Assembly (NCBI GenBank): GCA_964016885.1
Contig: OZ024744.1
Coordinates: 36,270,001 to 36,334,000, forward strand
Direction: 5' to 3'
Length of the DNA: 64,000 nt
From: Eledone cirrhosa
Lineage: Eukaryota
Shown here: in pieces, positions 1 through 11,778 of the stretch
Numbering within the stretch: position 1 is the first letter of the stretch
Layout: the number at the start of each line of letters is the position of its first letter
Notes under the pieces: generated by a model
Told to the model about the DNA's origin: nothing
The model's database searches: none
The model's input: the letters and a program-made list of their open reading frames with translations, nothing else
Made by a program: the position numbers and the translations under genes

Positions 1-338
1 AGGGAAGTGCTCTCTTCCCAGCATTTTGTTGAAAGATGGGTGAGAGAAGCAAGTATGGCCCGAATGAATGGGCCTTCTCTGAGTATGTGTCTGTAAATTA
101 AAGGTGGAAAACTGGGAGAGGGCACTTGCCCTGGTGGTCAGGGCCACTGTGGTCTTTTAATGGGCTTTCTCCACAAATGTCCCTTGGAAGTCTCCCCCCT
201 ATTGGGGAATTTTTCTTTGTTATTTTATTTCAACCTCTGTTTTTTTACACGCAGAAATGCCCATTTGTACCGTCCTGTATTGTCCTGTACTGTCCTTAAT
301 GTCTACTTTATGTGAACCCTTGTGGTTAATAAAGAAAA

Positions 339-387
<49 letters not shown>
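1..387 (+). mobile_element. L1/Tx1-clade LINE, 3' end of copy A (end of ORF2 at 1-96, 3'UTR, AATAAA, (ATT)n tail)
   Basis: 1-96 translates REVLSSQHFVERWVREASMARMNGPSLSMCL*, nearly identical to the ORF2 C-terminus ending at 16961. The 3'UTR is nearly identical to 5985-6239 and 16962-17203. AATAAA at 328-333. Confidence 0.92.
340..387. repeat. (ATT)16 microsatellite between tandem Tx1 copies
   Basis: Pure ATT repeat seen directly. Confidence 0.97.
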
Positions 388-595
388 GGCGACCTACGTA
401 GTAAATCGTATCATCGTGAGCTCCGCAAAGGTTTGTTATTTCCGTTTGTTAAAAATTGCCATTTATGGAAAATTTTATTGTTAACTGTTTATAAGCACAC
501 ATACATTGTTTTCCGAAAAGGACACCCAAAAAGATTGGGGCCTTGTGCCCAAAATTTTAACTTTTATTATTATCCAAAAATTTCTTTGAAAGAAA

Positions 596-2585
596 ATGGC
601 TAATTCCCCTCTGCACGAAGCAGCTGAAAGCCTTCCTCACAAAATAACACCTCACACCGACACCAGCATTGTAAATGTTACTACGTTTGCCAACACAAAA
701 CAAAATATAAGCAGTAGCAATATTTTAAATTTGTCTCAGGCAGACATTCATTTCCCGCCATTACCAATGACTGCAGGTGTTAAAGCCTCCACCACCACCA
801 CCACCGCGACAACCACCACCCCCACCACCGCGACAACAGAAACAAAAGAAGAAAAAAATAAATTAACCCGTGATGTCGAAATGAAATCAAGCAAAATGGA
901 CTCTTCCGCACCAAAGACGACTGACGTCACCACCACCACAACTGAAACTAAAATTAAGATTAACACAAATAACGATAGCAACAACAACAACAATGACATT
1001 ATAAATCCGACCTTCAGTTTCGCCATCGTAGCAAAACAATTCGAAGCGTTCACGGTAACTCAAGAGGATTTAGAAAATGCCAAACAAATGGTAAAGAAAG
1101 ATGGGTACAGGGTCAGCCTCACCCCCCACCTAATAACATGGAGCATCGGCGCCTATGCACCGTGTCGTATAGAACAATAAATGTAAAATCGCGCCGAGTG
1201 GAACGGGCATCCGAGTCCCAAATCCAAAAAGCTTTGGGACATGTGTGGGCAAGAAAAACCCACATCTGACGTGGGCAAAAGTATGGAACCGTGGATGTGT
1301 TCTTTGAAACACCAGAGGAGGCTAGAGAACACTCCATGGCCCCATTAAAAAGTAACGACTTCACACTCGTCCCAAGCTATTGTGGCCAGAGACTCGTAAA
1401 GATCAGGGTGACCCACGTTCCACCGGCCATCGAAATTCCCTGGCTAATAGCGGCTGTCCTCGCCGGCATCGAAGCCAACACGAAAATAATAGCAATAGCA
1501 AAAGAAAAGCAGGAAAACTGGTCCGGATCTGGGATGGAGCTCCTGATCCAAGCGGACCAAAAAAGCATTGAGGAAATCCCAGAGATAATAGACCTCACTG
1601 ACGGCATCCACCTCACGGTAATTGTCGAGGGCAGAAGACCTAGGTGTGTCGTTTGTGGTGAAGGAACCCACCTAAGGGCTTTCTGCCCTCAGGCTAAAAG
1701 ATTGAGGCCACCTCTCCTACCCACCCCAGTGACACAACCATCAACACCACCAGTAGCAGAGATGGCAGCAACAACTGTAGCAGTAACAACAGAAGCAACT
1801 ATAACAGCAACAACCCCAGCAACAGTAGCAAAACCAACACCACTAGCACCACCAGCAAAACCAACACCACCACCACCCAACGCTTCAGAACTAGCACCAG
1901 CGCCTACACCATCCACCGCACCACAACCAAAACTAACGACTGTGGAGGATTTTCCACTCCCCGGCCTATCACAACTGGAGACAGATTGTGACGACGAGGA
2001 GTGGGAAACGATATCCGGAAAAAAAAAAAGAAACCAAAAAAGAAAAAATTCTCTTCCTTCCCCCTCCAAACACAAAATACAGAGGGAAACAAATAAACTA
2101 AGAAACAAAAAAGTTAGGACAGATATGCCACCATCCACACCAGCATCACCAACCCCATCAACCCAAACACCAACACCATCACCATCATTAACTCCAACAC
2201 CACCATCACCTACACCACAAAAGTCACCAAAATGCGAAACAGAAACAAACCCACAACAAACGCAAACAAAACAAAACAACCAAAACGATACACACTACAC
2301 AGCATTAAATTTGAACAACAAGCAATTATTACACTACATCCAACACAACACCAGCATCACAGAAAAAGACTACACAACAACCCCAAAATTCACACCACCT
2401 CCACACATACAAATCACTCGCATCACACAGAAAACGTACATGACACTAAAACAAAAATTCCCCAAGACATCGAAGACTTCCTACAAGCACTCTCCAGGAG
2501 GATTTATAAGGACATCCTTCCTGAGGAGGCCACAAGCAGTGAAAAGGATGGAAAAACCGTCCTTCCCCTACGAGAAGTAAGGTAA
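596..2585 (+). pseudogene. Tx1 ORF1 (gag-like nucleic-acid binding protein), frameshifted
   Basis: ORF pieces 596-1180, 1291-2580 and 2232-2585. Zinc knuckle CVVCGEGTHLRAFC (CX2CX4HX4C) followed by a Pro/Thr-rich tail. Homologous to 11779-13509. Confidence 0.82.
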
Positions 2586-2619
2586 GTGGTCTTTCCCATC
2601 TTTTCCACTCCTTTTTAAC

Positions 2620-5600
2620 ATGACCTCACTCAGAATAGGCAGCATAAATGCGCGTGGCTTGGGGTCGTCATGGAAGCAGGGCCACCTGCTCAACGACCTC
2701 AGGTCACTAAACATAGATGTAGTGGCCATCAGCGAGACCAGAATCTCCGAAGCACAGGCTTTCGCACCGATCTTCGGCGGCTACGATGTGTACGCATCTC
2801 CCAGCCGTCCGGGATCGGGGGGAGGAGTTGCTGTGCTCTTTCGGAGAGGTTTGGATCTTGCCATACGGGCCATCTTCCTGGACCCAGAAGGTAAGTTGGT
2901 GGTGCTGGACGTGACCAGCGGAGACGGCCAAGCTTTCAGGTTAGTGGCCGTCTATGCCCCGACAGGAGCAGGGCGGCCTGATTTCTTCCGGCGTCTGGAG
3001 ACCTTTCTTGGAACGTCCCGCTCTTTAGTGTTAGTGGGCGACTGGAACGGGATCTTAGATGCAAGCTGGGATTGTGTGGGATTAGTGGATAGGAGAGGAG
3101 GGTGCAAGAGTCTCACCAACCTGCTCAGACGTTTTGAACTGTCTGACAGGTACCGAAAGGATATCCCGAATGTACCAATGAGGACTTGGACAAATCGCAT
3201 AGGGTCATCCATATCATATCTAGATAGAGTATTTTGTAGGGAAATAGATAGGTCTAGCATAGGCTGTCCACAATTCAAGATAGTTAGCTACACGGACCAC
3301 AAATTCGTGATCTGTGGGCTTGACTTAGATAGGTTTCATAGACGAGGACCCGGCTACTGGAAGCTAAACGCGTCCTTACCAGCGCGCAAGGCCTACAGAG
3401 ACCGGATTAGCGAACTAGTTAAGCGGGCGTTGACGGGGGCCATCGTCAACAACAAGTGGTGGTTTGCTCTGAAAAGAGCAATTAGAATAGAGTCCATTAG
3501 GTTTAGTAAGACTTTAGCAATAGAGAAAAATAGAGCAGAGGGAGAATTAGTTAGAAAATTAGATGAGGCGCTTAGGAAAGGCATCGCGACCGACGTACTT
3601 GCGGCGAAATTGGCCCTTGACCAATTCTTCAATGCAAAGCACGAAGGCTACGTTGTCAGAGCTAGGGTGCGTGCTCTCAGACACGAGGGGACGAAAGCCG
3701 TTCAATGGGCCCGAGTGGCGGAGGCGCGTCGTGGCAACAAAGCCACGATCCGGTCTTTGGTGGACCACGACGGGCGCATGCTACTCGATCCCGGGCAAAT
3801 GTGTGAAGCTTTTCAGCGACACTTCGCTCAACTGTTCGGGGGCAGTGGCGGGCCGGATCGAGGGATGGACTTTAGTGTCTACCTCGACGGACTGCCGCGG
3901 CTTTCGGCCACTGAGGCGGAGTGTTGCGAAAAGCCGATAACAACCGCTGAAGTACGGGATGCAATGACTAGTTGCACAAGGGGTAAATCGCCTGGTTTGG
4001 ATGGTCTGCCCTATGAACTTTACGTACAAATGCCAAACTTGTTCGGAGGCCTCTTGGCGGACGTCTACTGCAACTGGCAACAGAACGGGAGAATTCCCAG
4101 CTCTGTGAGCCGAGGAGCGGTGGCGCTGCTGAGAAAGGATCCGAACAAGGGGGATAACATAGATAATTTTAGGCCCATAACTCTGCTAAACACAGAGTTC
4201 AAGATTTTGGCCAAGGTGCTAGCAAAGAGGTTGGCGCTTGTCGTTGATGGTCTGGTGGGAGAGGCACAGACATGCGCCATTCCCGACAGATCCATCCACG
4301 ACAACCTCCACCTCATGCGATACATCATAGAGAGGGTAGCTAGGGAACCTGGCACGGGTGGGTCTTTGATCAATTTAGATCAGTCGAAAGCCTTCGATAG
4401 GGTCGACCATCGTTACCTAGCGGCAGTCCTGAAGGCGGCTGGCTTTGGGCCCGTCTTCAGAGGCTGGATCGCTGCCATGCACAGCCACATCTGCTCTGTA
4501 GTGAGAGTAAAAGGTCACCTTTCGGAACCGTTCAACATCATGCGCTCGGTCCGCCAAGGATGTCCCCTCTCGTCCCTATTGTACGTATTGACTCTAGAGC
4601 CATTACTGCACAAACTGGAGACGTTGAGGGGGGTCCCGCGCGAACTAGGATGCGGAAGATCCGTGTCAGCATATGCCGACGATGTCACCGTAGTGGTGTC
4701 GAACGCCAAACCCATCGAGGCGATCGGCACTACACTAAGAGGATACGAAGCGGTGACAGGAGCAATGATCAACCAGGAAAAGTCAGTGGGCCTGCAGCTC
4801 GGCACCTGGAGAGGCAGGTCCATGCCGTCCAACAGCATCGTCGGGCGCTGGACGGACGGACCGGTTAAATTGCTAGGGGTCTGGTTCTGTCCGGACCTCC
4901 AGACGGACAAAAACTGGGACGAGGTGACGAGCAGGGTGGCTTCTCTCACCCAGAAATGGGCCGAGAGGAAGCTATCCCTGAAAGGTCGAGCGGAGGTGGC
5001 GAATGCGTACATCGCATTCGTCATCCACTACCCCCTGACCGTCGTACCTTGTCCTAAGCCCAGCCTGACTGCGCTGGAGCGTTTGCTCTTTCGCTTTTTG
5101 TGGAAGGGATGCGCTCCGATGGTCAGACGGTCCATCTGCTGTCCAACACCTGCTACGTTGACGGCTGGGCATGCCGTGGCTGATGATGCGCAGACACGCG
5201 CTCAGGCTACGACATCTCCACCTCTTCCTCGACGGTAATCAGGTGTGGTCGCCGTTTGCTAGACGCGTATTTCCCCAGCTCGTTTCCTTGACGGAGCTGC
5301 AGTCCTGGGTCAAGCGAAGACCGAGAGGGAGCGCCTGGAGACCGGAATGTCTTCAGGCGCTCACAGCCCTCGACCAATCGGGCAATGTGATCAGTGGAAA
5401 CATCACCTTGGCGTTCTATAGAGGATTAGTTGAGGGGAAGAGCGACGACGTACTTGGAGAAAATCTAGGCGTCGACGAAAATCAACTAGCCAATCTCTTC
5501 GGAAGGACTTTCGGGCCGCGGCCTATGGACAACTTCCAGAAATCCCTGGCCTGGCAGTACTACCGGGGTGCTTTGCCAGTTCGGGATAAACTCTACAGGC

Positions 5601-5984
5601 ATGGAGGTGCCGTCAGCCGGGCATGTCCGAGATGCGCGCAGGGCAACGAAACCGTCCTGCTGTCACGAGTAGGACGGAGCCAGCTATCAGCTGAGTCCAT
5701 CGTGAGGATTGCTCCGCCTTCTTCCTTTTAGCCGGGAAGGGCAGGCAGTTTTTATCTTTTTGGTGGCCATGGCGAAAGCGATAGTATGGTGGACACGTTT
5801 GAAAGGGCCGAAGACGAGCACTTACCTCTTCGGTGATGCCCTGATTAACCTTTTCAAATTTCATTTGAAAAGGAAAATCAGGGTAGAGAGCGAAGTGCTC
5901 TCTTCCTAGTATTTTGTTGAAAGATGTGTGAGAGAAACAAGTATGGCCCGAGTGAATGGGCCTACTCCGAGTATATGTCTCTAA
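2620..5984 (+). pseudogene. Tx1 ORF2: APE endonuclease + reverse transcriptase (872 aa open, then frameshifts and a deletion in the C-terminal CCHC)
   Basis: APE motifs SINARGL, ISET, VYAP, GDWN, YLDR, TDH. RT motifs KSPGLDG, RPITLLN, DQSKAFDRV, QGCPLS, YADD. Continues in ORFs 5171-5731 and 5709-5909. Confidence 0.95.
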
Positions 5985-6239
5985 ATTAAAGGTGGAAAAC
6001 TGGGAGAGGGCACTTGCCCTGGTGGTCAGGGTCACTGTGGCTTTTTAATGGGCTTTCTCCACAAATGTCCCTCGGAAGTCTCCCCCTTTTTGGCGAATTT
6101 TTCATTGTTATTTTTTATTTCATCCTCTGTTTCTTGTTTTTTTACACGCAGAAATGCCCTTTTGTACCGCCCTGTATTGTCCTGTACTGTCCTTAATGTC
6201 TACTTTATGTAAAGCCTTGTGGTTAATAAAGAAATCATT

Positions 6240-6505
6240 GGTTCAGGATTGGTAGGGTACCCGAATCACCCCAGGGTCGTCCACCCCCTATCGGGGAATT
6301 TATTTTGTTATATTTTGCATAGTTTATTTTATATTTTTATATTTTCATTGTTAAATTAGTCTTTCCATTGTGCACTTTTACTCGACCTTATTGTAAACCC
6401 CCACTGTCCCTGTCTTTTTATTGTCCCCTACATGTCGGCCCTTGTGGCTAATAAATGAAATCATTATTATTATTGTTATTATTATTATTATTATCATTAT
6501 TATTA
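6240..6505 (+). mobile_element. 5'-truncated 3'UTR of a second, diverged Tx1 subfamily with (ATT)n tail
   Basis: Shares the CCCC-n-GGGGAATT hairpin and the terminal CCCTTGTGG-TAATAAA-GAAA-CATTATT with copies A-C, but is otherwise diverged. Confidence 0.7.
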
Positions 6506-6559
6506 CCTTTTTTTACCAATTCAATGATGTTCCAAAACAATATAAAAGAGATAATTGAC

Positions 6560-9500
6560 AATAAGGGCTCTGGAACAAAAGAGATAATTGGCAATAAGAA
6601 CAGGGGTCCCACAGTATCACAGCCTGAGCCCGCTCGTCATCGTAGCTCTGTAATAGAGACAAAAAAGACATTTAACATTGTCTGCTGGACCGTACGGACG
6701 CTGCTTGACAGGGATTCCTCCGAACTTTCTGAACGAAGGACCGCTCTTGTTGCAAAGGAGCTTCGTCGTTACGATCTTGACATAATAGCTTCATCTGAGA
6801 CGAGGTTAGCTGGAGATGGTCATCTTACAGAATGTAGATATACATTCTTCTGGAAAGGAAGAGATGAAGGAACCAGAAGAGAGACTGGGATAGGATTTGC
6901 TGTTAAGACTGTTCTTGTGAATAAATTAGAAGAATTGCCAGTAGGGATTAGTGAGCGTCCATGAGAATTCCGCTGGATAAAGGAAGATATGCGACCCTGG
7001 TGAGTCTGTATGCTTCAGCTATGAATTCTGACGATGACAAAAAAGTGTCTTTCTACCATGCCTTGAAAGGTGTTTTAAGAAATATCCCTCAGGCAGAGAA
7101 GGTCATCGTGCTTGATGACATCAATTCTAGAGTGGGTAGGGATTTTAACACATAGAATGTAATCGGAAGGCATGGGATGGGAAAGTGTAACAACAAAGGT
7201 ATGCTCCTGCTGCAGATGTGTGAGGAGCTGGATCTATGTGTTACCAACACCATGTTCCAGCAAAAGAACAAATTTAAGACCTCATGGATGCATCCTGCAT
7301 CGAAGGAATGGCATCTTTTGGACTACGTCCTAGTCAGGATGCGTGACAGACAGGGTGTGCAGTGTGTTCGTGCTCTTCGTGGAGCTGAGTGCTGGACGGA
7401 CCACCGCCTGGTACGAGCAAATGTGAAACTACTCACTAAACATAAAATCAGGGCTACTGGTGTTACCCTGCCAATAGACTGAATACTGCTCGTCTTAGAG
7501 ATAATAATGTGAAGAGGACATTGCTAGAAGTGATGCATGTTGCATATTTTGGTGAGAGACTGGTTCGATGACAGTGTTGCTGCAATTACCATGCTCATTG
7601 AGGAAAAGAACAAATTATATGAGAAGTGCCTTGTTGCAGAATGTCCTATGAAGACCACTTTTGAGAAAGCATTCAAAGAAGCAAAATCAAAATTGCAAAG
7701 TAAAACACGAAAGATAAAGAATAACTGGTGGTTTGAAGTTTCAGCAGAGATGCTGAGGGCTTATAACTGTAGAGACTTGAAGGAATTATACAGCACAATA
7801 AGGCAATTTTTTTATCCACAACCCTCAAAATGACACCATTAAAGTCAAAGATCCTATAAGTATTATGTGTCGGTGGACTGAACACTTTAAAGATCTGTTT
7901 GACAACCCTTTTTATTTGATGATGAAATTATTAATGGAGTGCCAGAAAGGGAGACTGTAACATAGATAATGACTGATCCAACCATTGATGAGATAAGGTC
8001 TATTATCAAAGAGATGAACATAGGGAAAACTCCAGGTTTGGATGGAATATCTGTTGAGCTGATATGCTTTGGAGGAGATAATGTTGCTATGGCCATTCAT
8101 GGGCTAGTCTTATCTGTTTGGTGTGGTGAGCCTGTCTCACAAGAATGGGTAGATGCTATTTCGCTCTCGATTTATAAGAGATAGGGTTCCAAGTCGAAAT
8201 ACAGTGATTATCGTGGTATAAGTCTGCTCGAATCTGTAGTAAAAGTCTTATCCAAGGTGTTGCTGAATCGTTTAATAAAATGGATCTGCCCTGGGCTATC
8301 CATGAGAGCTGGGTGGGTTATTATGGACATGATTTCTCAGTTTGTCAGCTTATGGAGAAGTGTTTTGAACAGTAAGTGCCACCTTACCAAGTATTTGTGG
8401 GCCTTACTCAAACCTTTGATACTGTTACTAGTAGTCCATTGTGGGTCATGTTGGGGAAATGTGGATGCCCTCATGATTTGTTGGAATATTTAGAAAACTC
8501 CATCAAAATCTGAAAGTAAAAGTGAACCTCGATGAAACGCTTTCATAGCAAATTTCAGTGGAAAACGGTGTTAAACAAGGTGGTAACATACCAGCACCCA
8601 CTCTGTTCGCCATCTATGTTGCCATGCTGCTGTGATATGCCTTCGAAGACTTCGAAATCGGTATAAACTTGCAATAGAACATCTAGCAAAGTCTTTGATC
8701 TAAGAAAGTTTAACACCAAGTCCCAAACTGTTGGCACTCTTGTTAGGAACTTCCTGTATGCTGATGATGTAGATGTTGTGGCTCACACAGTAGAGGACAT
8801 GCAGTTGATATTTAACACCTTGTCCAATGCATGTATTGTGTTTGGGCTAAATATTATTCTAAAAAAGACAAAGGTCATGTAAACTCCACCAGTTGGAAAG
8901 GTGTATGTGGAGCCAGACGCTTTCGTGAGAGGAAAAAGACATGAGATGGTGGATAGCTTTGTGTATCTCGGAAGTACAATTTGTAGAGATGGTACCCTCG
9001 ATGGAAAAATAGATCACCGGAATGCGAAAGCAAGTCTTGCCTTATGAGACCTGTGCTCTTACAGCCCTGCCAAATGGATGCTAAACGTAGACAACTGATG
9101 GGCATCATTTCAGGCAGTTGGAATATTTCATCAGCATTTCATCAATATTTCATCAGATGCGCTGGGCTCGTCATCTGGTCAGGATGGAGGATGGAAGGCT
9201 GCCTAAACAGCTGTTTTATGGGGAGCTGACCAGAGGAAAAAGGCCACAGCATAAACCAAATAAGCAGTTTAAGGATGTCTTAAAAGACAATCTTAAAGCT
9301 CTGAAGATTGATATGGGAAACTGGGAGAGACTAGCTCAAGGCTGAACCTCATGGAGAAAGATCATCAAATATGGATGTGGTGTCTTTGAGAAAAAGCGAG
9401 TGGAGCATGTTTTTTTGAAGCGTTCACTTCGTAAGCAGGACTCAAGTGCAATGCCTGCAAAAATTCAGAAAGATATGAGGTGCAATTTATATGGCCGATT

Positions 9501-9860
9501 TGTTCTAACACGACCTGGTTTAGAATAGCAATCACACGAGCCAGGGAGAAATTGAGCTAACTGTGAAATGGTTCTACTGCCAAACACTCCATGGCATATT
9601 TGCAGTGAGTGTGGCTTATTTTGCAAGTCAGTGGGTGGTCTGACCAGACATAGTAAATTGCATGAAAACACACCCCAGCCGGTTTTACCAGGAGACAGAA
9701 AGTTCAAGTGTTATATCTGTGAACGTATCTGCAAAACAAGAGCGGATCTGAACATTCACCTGCGTACACATGACCGTGCAATGTTCAATGAAGGGATGAA
9801 ATTCTTCTGACAAGAAGTAGCAACCAATATGTACATATGATTGCATGTATGTATGTATGT
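6560..9860 (+). mobile_element. RTE/BovB-type LINE, near full length, decayed (APE + RT + C-terminal C2H2 fingers)
   Basis: CWTVRTLLDR...ERRTALVAKELRRYDLDII.SSETRL, TSWMHPASKEWHLLDYVL, ECWTDHRLV, GKTPGLDGI, LYADD near 8755, RWARHLVRMEDGRLPKQLFYGEL. Many stops and frameshifts. (TATG)n tail. Confidence 0.9.
9475..9810 (+). pseudogene. C2H2 zinc-finger segment at the end of the RTE ORF
   Basis: CSECGLFCKSVGGLTRHSKLH and CYICERICKTRADLNIHLRTH, plus a decayed third finger near 9480-9530. Confidence 0.75.
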
Positions 9861-10700
9861 TCTGGTTTTATAATTTCACAAAGTTTTACCAATAGAGAGA
9901 GAGTCGGTTTCTAACATAGACACAAGACTCTCTTATTGGAATTTACACAACACCAACTAGGTAGGTATATATGTATGCATTCATGTGTAGATATGTGTGT
10001 TATTGTATGTGTGGATGTGGATGTTTTGAGTTGTATGTGTGCATGTGTATATGCTTTCTATCTGTATATGTGTATATGCAGTTATTAGATGCAACATTTT
10101 TGGAATGTGTTACATATTTTTACTGTTCCATTAATGGATTGTACTTGTAATTTCCTAACTAGTTGTGTTCTTTCTGTTCCTGTGAAGCCTAGCTTCTCAA
10201 GATTTGTATTGAGGCAGTTACTAACATATCCCAGTGCCCCAATAATCACAGGCATAAATCTGAAGGTGTAATCAGGGTGGAGTATCTGCAGATTTCTCAT
10301 CAGTTCTGCATAAATATTCTCCTTTTCACTAATCTTTGATATTATATTGGCATCTGCTGGGCAGCTAATTTCCACTACTGTGCATGTTTTCTTCTCCCTG
10401 TCCCATATCATAATATCTGGTTTGTTATGCCGGCATTTTATTGGGGTTTTCACTGGAACATTCCACCAGTACTCTTTCATATTATGTAAATGGATGTCTT
10501 CCACATTGTAGCTTTTAATGTGTTTAATATCGGGGCTATCTTTTTTACGAACTGCATTGTACAGTGTTTTGGGCACTACATCATGCCTCATGATGCAGAG
10601 TCTGCACTTGTTATCACATCTAGGTGTTTTGCCTGCATCCCTATCTCTTTTGTGAATCAGGTATTTCGTGCTAATCTCCTGTTCCTGGATTGCAAATATA
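9861..10700 (-). mobile_element. R4/Dong-clade LINE 3' fragment (CCHC + restriction-like endonuclease, 3'UTR)
   Basis: ORF 10085-10591: RHD...HNKPDIMIWD...VEISCP...K..Y...PVIIGALG. Highly similar to 61375-62150. Confidence 0.9.
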
Positions 10701-10723
10701 TGTATGTATGTATGTATGTATAT

Positions 10724-11262
10724 GTCGGGTCACTCTTGAGTGCTACTGGTAACATGTAACTCAATACAACCTGTTGCATGGTCGGGTCGTCGGCGACTAA
10801 ACCGGCAACCCCACCAAGTTTACTTGGTGAGGAGTGTGAATTTGGACACACTGCAGGACAAAAAACAAAACCTGACAAAGGGCGGAAGAACTCATAAGAG
10901 TCAACTGACATCCGGGGACATAGAAATAGTGAGGCTGGACACCCGATCACGCCGTTAAACCACTGGGAGTGAAGAACCCCTAGCCTTTGTCAGGGCATTC
11001 TTCTAGGAGAAAGCAACTCAGGAAACTGGGATAACTCCGATATAAAACCTGCGGCTCAGTAGTTACCGATGATGTTGATCTTTTCTTCTTTTCGGGTTAT
11101 AGCTACTGTCGCTCAGAGAGTGGGATTGGCTCAGTGCACAGTCTTCCCTCACTTAAAAAAATATCTTCACACACAGGCATTGCACGATAGAATTAATTAA
11201 TAATTATTAATAATGGTATATCGTGCAATGGCCATACTCGATAACGAGGGGGCAGCAATCAT
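10724..11262 (+). mobile_element. Putative short non-autonomous RTE-type retroelement (RTE-like 5'UTR joined to a structured 3' tail)
   Basis: Non-coding and flanked by (TATG)n. Contains CTAGGAGAA...AACTCCGATATAAAACC, reminiscent of RTE 5'UTRs. 12-bp inverted repeat 11178-11189/11219-11230. Tail GCAGCAATCATGTAT resembles the RTE tail near 9817. Confidence 0.45.
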
Positions 11263-11284
11263 GTATATATGTATGCATGCAGGC

Positions 11285-11778
11285 TGCAGATTTTAGTGAG
11301 GATTGACCGACCCTTAAAAAACCGGTTTATGATGTAGGGCGGCGTGTTCTGCGATTGGTGCAGAGAAAACATCAAGACTGGTTTAATGAGAATGATGAAC
11401 ATATAGAAGAATTGTTGGCTGATAAGAGGGTGCTCTGTCACGCTACTTAGCAACAAAGCCACAGGAGAAGAATATGTTGCATAAGGAACTCAAGGATGTG
11501 AAATCACCTGTGAGGTGGAGGCTTTCTCAGATGAAGAATAAGTGGTAGGTGAGAAGGCTGATGGGATACAAGCTGCATCAGATTCCAATTGTTGTACAGT
11601 CTCTTGCGTGAAGTTTATGGACAGTCTTCTTCTCTGGTGACACCGCTTCACAGCAAAAATGGCAGGGAACTTCTTCGTAACTCACAGGGAATTCTGCGAA
11701 GGTGACGAGGGCACTTTGATGAACTTATGAATCAGCCATCTCTTGTCAATGAAGATTTCCTCAATCTCTTGCAGAACC
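11285..11778 (+). pseudogene. RTE LINE internal fragment (APE-RT linker)
   Basis: Manual translation gives RKHQDWFNENDEHIEELLADKR...RLSQMKNKW...LYSLLREVYG...ILRR*RGHFDELMN, typical of the RTE linker. Confidence 0.75.

Larger units (their letters stand above)
388..6239 (+). mobile_element. Apparently full-length L1/Tx1-clade LINE, copy B (5'UTR, ORF1, ORF2, 3'UTR)
   Basis: Two-ORF layout with a CCHC-knuckle ORF1 and an APE-RT ORF2. Starts right after (ATT)16 and ends ...CCTTGTGGTTAATAAAGAAATCATT. Confidence 0.92.

Noticed and set aside
257-603. Poly-Leu/Ile 'signal peptide or membrane' ORFs (also 6455 and 17163-17416)
   Set aside because: They are the (ATT)n LINE tails read in different frames.
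2670-5172. Antisense and alternate-frame ORFs over Tx1 ORF2, repeated in copy C
   Set aside because: Explained by the GC-rich coding sequence and the near identity of the two copies; no independent motifs.
9568-9810. Stand-alone host C2H2 zinc-finger gene
   Set aside because: It is collinear with the end of the decayed RTE ORF and is followed by the element tail.
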